From: Octopus bimaculoides
Taxonomy: Eukaryota
DNA: 40,926 nucleotides
Reading direction: 5' to 3'
NCBI RefSeq assembly: GCF_001194135.2
Contig: NC_068995.1
Coordinates: 22,409,495 to 22,450,420, forward strand
Every line of letters starts with the position of its first letter. The stretch's first letter is position 1. The notes under the pieces were generated by a model. The model was not told where the DNA came from. It saw only the letters and a list, made by a program, of their open reading frames with translations, and made no database searches. Below are positions 31,424 to 40,926 of the stretch, one piece after another. The position numbers were made by a program, and so were the translations under genes.

Positions 31424-33480
31424 TATACACTCAACAGATTAGACAGTTGGAAAATAAAAGTATCCTAACATCGGGCTACAACAAGTTGCTTTAAATGACA
31501 AGAACCCTCCTATCGCATTACAGCACGTAACCCTCCTAAGTATCCTAGCTGTCTCTAATAACTCTGTCTTCTGCAGCTGTACTAAACTGGGTTTGTGCAT
31601 ATTTATTCCATCCATCTGTTCCGATCTTTGGGGATTGTTCACAATGCACCTATAACTACTGGAATACATTTCACCCGCACTTTCCATACTCTCTGTGATT
31701 TAATAGTTAGGTCCTGGTACTTTGCTACTATTTCTATACTTCTCATATTAATCTTTTCACCATTTAAGTTTGTAAAGTCAATTACCTGGCATATTCTATT
31801 CTTTTTAGCTACTACTAACATGCCAAGCCTTCTAACTTTTATTACTCTGTCAGTCTGAACATCATGTACTTCTTACTTTCTAGTACTTTACTAGGTTTAT
31901 GTTCATGCCATTTATCATTATGATGAAATCCTAGCTTTCTACAAAGCTTCTAGTGGATTGTTCTCCCTAGATCGTCAAGTCTTTTCTTGTATACTCTGTT
32001 CAAGCATGCTACATTCACATACTATATGAGTAACGCTTTCACTTTTGAATTGCTTAATATACATTGAGAATCTACTTCGTGTTTGGCTATTTTGCTTTTT
32101 ATCCAATTAGTTCTTAATGCCTGATCTTGTGCAGCTGCTAACAAACTTTCCGTCTCCCTCTTCAGCTTTCACTTCTGCAGCCATCACAATATCTCACTAC
32201 TATTTGCTGAAACTCTCCTTGGGAATCTACCATGCAACACCATCTCCTGCCAGTCAGGTAATTTCAGTTCTTTTTTCTGATTTTTAAGTTCGCTTGGTGC
32301 TTTGGTTTCCGTATGTCTTGCTGTGACTCTAGCAGCTTTTTATAAAATGTCTTCACTATTACCTACATAGGAGTCTATATCTACTCTAGTTAACTCAACG
32401 CAATTTTCGTCTGATATTAACCCTCTTCCACATCCCTTTCTAGGTCGGTATAATCTTACTGTTCTTGCCCTTGGATGGAGTCCTCCTTTCATAATAATGA
32501 ATTCCTTCCTAGTTCTTCTGTCTAGCTTTGCTGATTCAGTTTTTGTCCAACTTACAAATGCTGTTGAGTATCTAAGTAATTATATTGGCCGAGTATTTAC
32601 AGCCTTCACTACTTTCGGACTATTAGCTTCCTCACCTTTCTGATGTATTCCTTCTCAATTTTCGTTCTCATTTCTATACTTAGTACTGTGTCAGATTCTA
32701 ATACTCTTATATACTTATAACTATCTCTTCCTTTCAATGATTTTAATGCCTATCCATCTAGTAATTGGATGCCTTCGGTGTTGACTACCTGACCCCTTTC
32801 ATAACGAATATTGCACACTTATCTACGCCATGTTCCATGCCTATATCTTTGCTGTATTATGGATTCTATCTCGTTTTCATTCTTACTATAAAGCTGCATA
32901 CCATCCACGTAGAGCAAATGGTTAATTTTTCCATTACTATTTCTGAACTGACACCCTGCCTTTGTCTTCCTTTATACTAAGCCGAGGCTATCAAACATAG
33001 AACAAATATCAAAGGGGACACAGAGTCCCCCTCGAAAATTCCTCTTTGGTATTAACTTTCCCTAAGACTGTGTCACCTGAGTAGAGATCTGCTTTCCATT
33101 TCTTCATGCTAAAGCTAATTAATCTATTATGTTGTCTGCTATACTGAACATATTTAAACATTCTCTTATCCATGAGTGCGGGATCTTCTCATAGGCTTTC
33201 CTATAATCTGCCCATGATATTGTTAGATTTTTCTGTCTAGCTTCATTTAGAACTGCTTAGTCTATATATGATAGATCATGCATTCCTCTAGCCTTCTTCC
33301 TGCAACCTTTTTGTTCTTCTGGTAGTAAATTCTGGTCGGCAAGGTACTCGTAAATACTTTCTGAAAGCATTCTTGTTAACAACTTCCACAGTAATGGTAA
33401 GCAAGTGATTGGACAATAATTGCTAGTTGTAGTGCCCTTGCTCTTATACTTCATAATGAGTATTGTCCTCACTGTCTCTC
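31421..33480 (-). mobile_element. R4/Dong-clade LINE (RT + CCHC + restriction-like endonuclease), 5'-truncated and decayed
   Basis: NYCPITCLP, EEQKGCRK, WADYRKAY, GIFEGDSVSPL, NHLLYVDG, LKRETESLLAAAQDQAL, ESVTHIVCEC, QVIDF, KYQDL, IPVVIGAL and LQKTELLETARILRRV. Confidence 0.92.
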
Positions 33481-33649
33481 ATTAACTGAGTTAAGGTAAC
33501 GTTCGTCACCATCGTCATCACCAGTATTGTTTCTCGACATCTTAAAGTTTCAAGCAATTTTCTATTGCATCAACTGTCGCACCTTTGTGTTGGTGTGATG
33601 GTGGTACAGCATTTTTTTTTTGTTTTTTGGCGGATGGGAGCTATTGTAT

Positions 33650-34740
33650 TGTAAAGGAAATAGCAAATGAAATAGCTAAGATTAGCAAAGAAATTTAAAC
33701 CTCCACGCATAATTTTAGCAAACATAATGCAATAATAGATGAAAGACTTCCTTTAGTTATTAACTGGCTCTGAAATTTCGCTGGCATTTCAAAAGTGTTG
33801 CATAGAAGTTACCTGCATGTGGAGAGAAAATATCCTCGGTTCAAACAGGTATTTCCTCAGCTGCCTATTGTAGCCTTTAGACGGAATAAGAATATAAGTG
33901 AATTATTGACCTCTATTTCTGACTCTAAGAAAACGAAAATTGGAATATCTGCACGCTGTACCTTGAAAAACAGCCGCAAGAGAGATAATCTAAGTTCATT
34001 GTGCAACAACATGAGTCAAGTGAATTCCATCAGGAATCATAAGAGAAATATTATGATTTATACAGAAGGTGCGAGATATAGTGATTCCCATTTGTTGTAC
34101 GCGACAGAATAGACGAAACACAGCTTGATTTATGTTGGTTGTACAACAGAACAATTAAACAAAAGATTTAATGGGCACACATATAATGTCAGGCACAATA
34201 ACAATAGTTGGACAGAACTTGCCGAACATTTTGCTTCAAACTGCTCCAATTTTGAAAAATAATTGAAAGTGCATATTCTCAGAAAATATCCTGAATCTGC
34301 TTCACTTTCACTTCTCAAAATGCATGAGGAGAGATATATTTGCAGGTTATTAATATCACACCCTGTAGGAATGAATAAAATGACAGAAGAATATCATCAA
34401 ATTTATACAAAACTGTTTGATTAAATATTCTTCTTCCCTTTCTTTTTCTTTCCTCTTTCTTTCTGTCTTTTTTCTGTTTTTCTTTTCGCCTGTTATATAA
34501 CTGAAACTTATAGTCTGATGATGTCATTCCCTCAACGTGTATACGCTGGTTGCTATCGTTCATACTTTAAATTTAATATTTCTATAATTTTGAATTTTCA
34601 TCACTTCTTTTTATTTTGAACTCGACAATGACAGGCTTACTGTCGAAATATCGTTCATCCAATAAAATATCTACCAGAATCAAATCGCGCTCTTCGCCTT
34701 GACGGCTTATACTTGTGAAAAGTTACGTCAATCCTTTTAA
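33650..34740 (+). mobile_element. Penelope-like element 3' part (linker + GIY-YIG endonuclease + 3' terminal region), decayed
   Basis: RLPLVI...FPQLPIVAFRRNKNISELL; LIYVGCTTEQLNKRFNGH; LAEHF; EERYICRL...PVGMN, then a stop near 34420 and a pyrimidine-rich 3' region with hammerhead-like motifs. Confidence 0.85.
34617..34657 (+). ncRNA. Degenerate minimal hammerhead motif in the PLE 3' region
   Basis: TGAAC-TCGACAA-T-GACAG-GCTTA-CTGTC-GAAA-TATC-GTTCA. Helix I and stem II pair perfectly; the CUGANGA core is mutated. Confidence 0.5.
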
Positions 34741-34776
34741 ATTACTATTATTATTATTATTATGACTATTATTATT

Positions 34777-34857
34777 AAGGCAGTGAGTTGGCAAAATGCT
34801 TAGCGGCATTTCGCCCGTCGATACATTCTGAGTTCAAACTCCACCGAGGTTGCCTTC
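34777..34857 (+). mobile_element. tRNA-derived SINE head (second family), truncated, with internal deletion
   Basis: AAGGCAGTGAGTTGGCA..AAATGCTTAGCGGCATTTCG...GAGTTCAAAC (B-box); aligns to 35187 and 35387. Confidence 0.75.
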
Positions 34858-34904
34858 CAGGACACTTGACCATTTAACATTCTACTACTGTCATGGCATT
34901 CCTT

Positions 34905-35069
34905 CATTCTTCTTCTTCTTCTTCTTCTTCTTCTTCTTCTTCTTCTTCTTCTTCTTCTTCTTCTTCTTCTTCTTCTTCTTCTTCTTCTTCTTCTTCTTCC
35001 TCTCCTCCTCCACTTCTTCTTCTTCGTGTTCTTCTTCTTCTTCGTGTTCTTCTTCTTCTTCGTCTTCTT

Positions 35070-35162
<93 letters not shown>

Positions 35163-35186
35163 GTTATTATTATCATTATTACTATT
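34905..35186. repeat. (CTT)n(ATT)n compound microsatellite
   Basis: Direct reading. Confidence 0.95.
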
Positions 35187-35376
35187 AAAGCGGTGAGCTG
35201 GCGGAATCGTTAGCACGCAGGGGAAAATATTTAGTGGCATTTCGTCCCTGTTTGAGTTCTGGGTTCAAATTCCGCCGAGGTATTCATCTTTTTTGGGGGT
35301 CGATAAACTAAGTACCAGTTGAACGCTGGAGTCAATGTAATCGACAAGCACCATCCTACAAAATTTCTGGCCTTGT
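35187..35376 (+). mobile_element. tRNA-derived SINE (second family)
   Basis: Head GGTGAGCTGGCGGAATCGTTAGCAC, B-box GGTTCAAAT, and central GGGGTCGATAAA...AGTACCAG...GTCAATGTAATCGAC. Confidence 0.82.
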
Positions 35377-35386
35377 TCTTGTTGTT

Positions 35387-35598
35387 AAGGTGAGCTGGCA
35401 GATTCGTTAGCACGCCGGGCAAAATGCTTAGCGGTATTTCATCTGCCACTACATTCTGATTTCGAATCCCGCCGAGGAAGACTTTGCCTTTCATCCTTTC
35501 GCTGGCGGGGAGGGGCTCGATTAAGTAAGTACTAGTACTCCACTGGGGTCAATGTAATCGGCTTAGCCCCTTCCCCCTTGTGCTTCCAGTAGAAAGAA
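35387..35598 (+). mobile_element. tRNA-derived SINE (second family)
   Basis: Same head as 35187; GACTTTGCCTTTCATCCTTTCG core and GGGGTCAATGTAATCG. Confidence 0.82.
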
Positions 35599-35599
35599 T

Positions 35600-35671
35600 T
35601 ATTACTATTATTATTATTAGTATTATCGTTATCATTATTATTATTATTATTTTATTATTAATATCGTTATC

Positions 35672-35722
<51 letters not shown>

Positions 35723-35810
35723 TTATTATTATTGTTGTTGTTGGTGCTGTTGTTGTTATCATCAACGTCATCGTCATTATTATTTTTTGTATTATTACTA
35801 ATATTATTAA
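35600..35810. repeat. (TAT)n degenerate microsatellite
   Basis: Direct reading. Confidence 0.9.
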
Positions 35811-36779
35811 CACGACGACGACGACCATGATGAAGATAACAATATCGATGACGACGAGAACGTTGAGTGTGAATGATCACCATGTCGATGAGTAGGAAGA
35901 GGATATGGAGAAGTAGTAGGATGAAGTTCATCATTATCACCACCATCTTCATCATGATAATATTGACGAAAATGTTGATGATGACTATTAAGAAAACGAT
36001 TACGTCTACAATAAAATCAGTGATGCTGAATATATTGAATTAATAACGATGACGTTTGTCTTCGTCAAAAGCCAATTTTGGATCGACATCAGAACATAGT
36101 TTATTTTTATCATGCCTCTGCCTGAAATACAAAACCTTTACGTTGACCTTACAGATTCTTACATAGCATAAAATGAGCAACAGTGAGCCAACTTTTACAG
36201 CTTTACTATGCAATCATTACATCCAGCCTATTTACTTTGGAATATAGGTTGTGGAAGAACCCAGCAGAAAAGAAATTTTGGCGCCCTTTGTTAAAATCAT
36301 AATAGAATCGCCGATATTGCGGTTACAGCTGGGAAGTCATATTGTCTGACATTCTTTAAATCCGTCTCTTCAATCAATTGTATCATTTTTACATTACTCA
36401 TCGAAATGCTACTTAAAATGAAATATAATTACTTTCAGCGGTCAGAAGAGCAGGGTGGGGTGTCTGGTTTCCTTTCTTTTGGTTAGTTTTTGTTTAGAAT
36501 TGTATTTTATTATTTGTGTTAACTTTATTTTCATATTCATTTCTAATTAATTTATGATGTTCATATCACATTTATTATTTCTATTAATTTATTTATTCAC
36601 CCGTTACTACTGTTTTTTTTTGTTATTTATTTATTTATTTATTTATTTTATATTTAATAAGTTTTCTCTGATGTTCTCATCTCGCTTGTTTATCCTCACC
36701 GACATCTAATTTCTTATTTTCCCTTTATTTTATCCTCAATCAATGAACCATATGAAATCTAGCCATTAACATCGTCATC

Positions 36780-37110
36780 GTGACCATGACTATCATCATC
36801 ATCATCATTCATATCATTGTCACCTTTGTCTTTGACTTCGTCGTTGTCATCATCGTAATAAATCATCAACAGCAGCGACAACAGAATGGCAATAAAATAA
36901 TTGTATAGTGTTACACATGATGTTAATGATGATATTAACTCTACGCATGATATGGATATTTGTAATGATGTCTGTAATGATATCGTTCATCATCATCATC
37001 ATCATCGTCGTCGTCGTCGTCATCATCGCCGTCGTTGTCATCATCATCATGGTCGTCGTCGTTATCGTCGTCGTCGTCGTCGTCATCATCATCATCATCA
37101 TCATCAATAC
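36780..37110. repeat. (CAT)/(CGT)/(GAT) degenerate trinucleotide repeats
   Basis: Direct reading. Confidence 0.85.
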
Positions 37111-37829
37111 TCTACCATGCTTGCTATAAATAGTCATTAATTTCCTCTCGATTTAGCAAATGTTCCGGTTATTTTAGATTAATTTTTTTCTCTCCTTTTA
37201 TTAGAGCAACATATAATTATATAGAGAGAACAAAGTTATCGGTTTGGTGAATGGTCGGTATTTCTCTGTGAACAATTCACTGGTCACTCCAGTGAGGTAT
37301 GCAGACATATAAAAATAGAGTGCACTGGACTAACACGAACACAAAAACATAAAGAAAAGGGTTACTATTTTACACCAGTTTACACAATTTACGTGGTAAA
37401 ATCCTTACTATTTTCGCTCAACTACTTAATATAATTATGAATTTTCTATTACTGTTCGTCTCAGTAAATTATGTTCCTTCAGAAATAATTCTCAATGTCT
37501 TACTCAACGGAAGTATAAAGTGCCATTTTAACAGATTAAGTTATCTTGTCAACTGCCTTCAATATTGATAACGACGCCTTTTCTTGCCGACGTAGTACGT
37601 CTGTTCGCAGTTTTTTCAGTAGCATTTACAACTTAAACGCCTTCGAGTAAAGTCATTAAAAGCATAAAATATCCTCAGTTACATCAAACGGTCTTCTGAT
37701 TACTGACGACATTAATAGTTGTTATGTCTTTCGTTGTTGATGCTGCTGCTGTTGCTGCGGCTCTTTTTTAATAAATCCAGACCAGCTCTGATCGAACAAA
37801 CCAACATCTATTAAGCTAGTGTTAGTATT

Positions 37830-37960
37830 CAATACAGGGAGCATCACAAGTTAATTGAAACAATTAGAGAAAGAAACAATTTGATCTTGAATTAAAACTG
37901 AGATGTAACTTTTTTGTGGATTCACTCACATATCTGGCTTCCTTGTGGCAAGAAGTGAAA
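37830..37960 (+). mobile_element. Possible RNase H fragment of an I/Nimb-type LINE
   Basis: EHHKLIETIRERNNLILN*N*DVTFLWIHSHIWLP.G resembles V.F.WIPSH.GI.GNE.AD. Short and degenerate. Confidence 0.4.
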
Positions 37961-38009
37961 TAACATAACTGTGCTTACTTAGATTTTGGTGATGAGAAAC
38001 TACTGTCTT

Positions 38010-39070
38010 GGGGAAATTTCGAACCTGGGTTCTCATTCCTAAGGTATCTTTCGATGCTTTTGTTATTATTATTATTATTCAGGTCACTGCTTGGAATCGA
38101 ACTCGGAATCTTGGGATTAGTAGCCCTCGCTCTTAACCACTACGCTATATGCCCGTGGGCAATAATGAAGTGAATCTTTAGGGCTTATAAATCTAATATT
38201 TTGCAATCCTTCCTTAATACCGGTTCCCATATTCTACTCATATCTGCACTCGGTCTGCTTAGGAGGCTGTTGTGTCAGCATATAGGCTGCTTCTTTTAGT
38301 TTCGTATTTCCCAGTGTTGTTCTCTGTCTATCACTTTAACTTCATCTCACAGGGGGAGGTGGTCTCCATTTTTCCATACTTGATCAGCTATACCCGATTT
38401 ATCAATATCTCCTCGTGTTACAGCTTTGCGATGTTCCTCTACTCTTATCTTAAGCGGGCGGTATGTTTCACCTTTGTATAATCTACCACAGCTGCATAGG
38501 ATGGAGTATACGCAGTCTTTGGTCATATTTTCTTCTATTGGTGTTTTTTGGGGATATTTGGGAAGTGTTGCATTAGTCTTGAATACTGTCCTGATGTCAT
38601 ACGGGCCGCATATCTTTTGTATCTTTTCGGAGAGGCTTTCACATAGGGTAGACAGACTGTGGACAGTTTATTGGTTTCGTCGTTTCTTTTCTTCATAATT
38701 GGAGTGGATAGTATGTTTTTGGGGTAGTTGTTGCTTAATAGATTGTTATTGAGCTTGATAATTTCTGCGTGGTGTGTATCACAATCGCTACCTATATTCT
38801 TTGCTCAGTGTTTTAGGCATTGAGCAATCCCTCTCTTTACACTCTATGGATGGTGGGTATTCAAGTTGAGGTATCGTCCAGTGAAGGATCGGCTAGCGGT
38901 ATACGGATGTCCTGAATCCATACTTGGTGTGTGCTATTAATACGTCCAGGAATGCTAGCTGATTGTCTTTTTCCTTTTCCATTGTAAACTGTATGGATGG
39001 CTTTGTGTCTTAGCGTATTTTCCAGTGGAGTTCTCTGTCTATTATTTTAACTTCATCCCACAAGGGGTTG
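38010..39070 (-). mobile_element. Penelope-like element (RT C-terminal part + GIY-YIG endonuclease + 3' UTR), decayed
   Basis: PSIQFTMEKEKDNQLAFLDVL, GFRTSVYR, GRYLNLNTHHP, LSEKIQKICGPYDIRTVFK, CVYSILCSCGRLYKGET.RPLKIRVEEH and GIAD; ORF stop at 38185-38187. Confidence 0.9.
38082..38154 (-). pseudogene. tRNA-like (Arg-ACG-related) Pol III cassette, degenerate
   Basis: GGGCATATAGCGTAGTGGTTAAGAGCGAGGGCTACTAATCCCAAGATTCCGAGTTCGATTCCAAGCAGTGACC has A-box TAGCGTAGTGG, B-box GAGTTCGATTCC and a 7-nt loop CTACTAA. The acceptor and T stems are mismatched. Confidence 0.7.
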
Positions 39071-40733
39071 AGGACAAATATCCGTCAAATGTAAATAAGG
39101 TGAAGAATGTGCATAATTCCACATCTCTTAAATATAGAACTGTAGTATTAGCCTTGTAGGCCACATTTCCAGCACTGTAGAATCGACATTTTTGTGATCG
39201 AGTTTAAACGAATAAACACTAAATTCAGAGTTAGTAAGATAGAGCTTATGCTATTGTAAGGGATCAGATCTGTGGTTTTATTGAGACACCTATGTTTGAA
39301 CTGTTAAGAAATGAGCTTCAACCCTTTGAAAAAAAACAAAGAGATGAGCAATGTACGCAATCAATTGTCCGAAATAAACTCATGAGTAAATGAGTATTTC
39401 CTTTTTTTTTTATTACAGCAATATGTAGTATTTTCTACATTGTTCTATTAGATCTTTGTATACTATTCACATCAGGAGCATGCAGAACTGCCCGGTTCAT
39501 TTAGATCTGTATAAATAAAAAGATATGCATTAATGTTTGATAAATAAGCGCGTATGTTTTACCAGTGGATGATACGTAGTTTGTATATATCATACAACAT
39601 GCAAAATTTGTTTTCTTTTAATATTTTCTTTGTCTTCTTAGCAAGAAAAATTCTTATAATTTGGTCTATATCATTATTATATTACATGTTAGCAGACGTC
39701 CTTGCAATGTTTACTACTGTCATAGTGTTTCGTCATCTTTAAAAAGCTAACCTATAGGTGGTTTCAATCGGTTGAGACTACCCAAGCAGTGCTCTACAAA
39801 ATATGATATAGTAAGACATGGTTGATGAAATATCAGTACCTATGTTGATTGGCAGCTGCTAATGAATTTTTCAACAGCACCAGGTGCAGTTGCCTAATGG
39901 ATGTTAGGCCAAGCATGTTCTTTCTTTCTTGGCTCGACTGCTGGTTGCGAAGCATCTCTTATATTCCTATCTCATGATTTACATCTCATATGTTCATATC
40001 CTACGTTTCTGCCCCAAGGCTTTCACTCTACAAACGCCAGCTGTATGTATGTATATATTAGTATGTACGCATTTGATGTATGTATGTATATATTACTAAA
40101 GAAACAGTTGTTATTTTCTTGTTTGTATTTACAATTGAGTAACATTTTCTCGGTTTTTCTTTTTTGTCTGTGCTGTTGTACACATTCGCTTGTTTTCTCC
40201 CAAAATGTTTAATACTCTAAGCATAGATTTATGGGGCCTGCCAGATTTGAACAGTCGCAAGTGCAACCGGCCGAATCTCTAAGGATAATCTGGTAACTTG
40301 ACTGAAGAGAGAAGGGTGCGAATTATTGTCCTTGTATTTTCTTGTCCATCTTTGTTTCGACGATCTCTCCGGATGTTTTATTGTCGTCCATTGCGTTCTT
40401 GTTCCATTTACATATATATANNNNNNNNNNNNNNNNNNNNNNNNNNNNNNNNNNNNNNNNNNNNNNNNNNNNNNNNNNNNNNNNNNNNNNNNNNNNNNNN
40501 NNNNNNNNNNNNNNNNNNNNNNNNNNNNNNNNNNNNNNNNNNNNNNNNNNNNNNNNNNNNNNNNNNNNNNNNNNNNNNNNNNNNNNNNNNNNNNNNNNNN
40601 NNNNNNNNNNNNNNNNNNNNNNNNNNNNNNNNNNNNNNNNNNNNNNNNNNNNNNNNNNNNNNNNNNNNNNNNNNNNNNNNNNNNNNNNNNNNNNNNNNNN
40701 NNNNNNNNNNNNNNNNNNNNNNNNNNNNNNNNN

Positions 40734-40926
40734 GAACAATACGGACGTCATTCATGATGGGAAAGTGACGCCGACATTAGTTTCGGATAACAACATAATA
40801 GAGCTGTCTATGTTTGGGCCGAAAGAAACCAGAGGCATACAGCCTAAAGGAAGCACCCAAAATCTCTCCAATCTGAACTTCCACAAAGCAGACTGGAAAT
40901 CGATCCAGAAAGAGATCCTCAGAGAG
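40734..40926 (+). mobile_element. LINE ORF2 fragment (end of APE endonuclease), runs off the window
   Basis: Open frame NNTDVIHDGKVTPTLVSDNNIIEL...LSNLNFHKADWKSIQKE (cf. SDHN and NF.KADW motifs). Confidence 0.65.

Noticed and set aside
30258-31442. Homopolymeric ORFs (poly-M/S/N/K/L; also 19249-19522, 34800-35955, 36850-37140)
   Set aside because: Translations of trinucleotide microsatellites with no coding evidence.
38082-38154. Functional tRNA gene (anticodon ACT)
   Set aside because: Acceptor and T stems are mismatched, there is no oligo-T terminator, and the short variable loop is inconsistent with tRNA-Ser. Kept only as a tRNA-derived cassette.
40235-40330. CCAGATT…AATCTGG stem and CTGAAGA…CGAAT resembling a hammerhead
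   Set aside because: No GAAA core, stem II or helix I pairing. Possibly a PLE-related terminus but not supportable.

Overview
AT-rich, microsatellite-dense eukaryotic DNA with nine N-gaps, most flanked by (TA)n. I find no intact host gene, rRNA, functional tRNA or CRISPR array. The repeat families resemble those I recall from cephalopod (Octopus-like) genomes; that is pattern recognition, not a database result. The window is a graveyard of decayed transposons: three mariner copies, a Tc1/maT-type fragment, two RTE-like LINE remnants, an R4/Dong LINE, RNase H and endonuclease LINE fragments, two Helitron derivatives, tRNA-derived SINEs and several Penelope-like element (PLE) remnants. The most interesting signals are four. 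(1) A ~310-bp foldback at 4524-4831 carries two divergent minimal hammerhead ribozyme motifs, one with an intact catalytic core. (2) A ~1.8-kb ORF1/gag-only retroelement has a CCHC knuckle and no RT. (3) A tRNA-Arg-like Pol III cassette sits ~30 nt after the stop codon of a Penelope RT-GIY-YIG ORF. (4) There is a second, non-coding foldback MITE, and microhomology-bounded deletions and duplications recur across unrelated elements. All translations and alignments were done by eye and boundaries are approximate.
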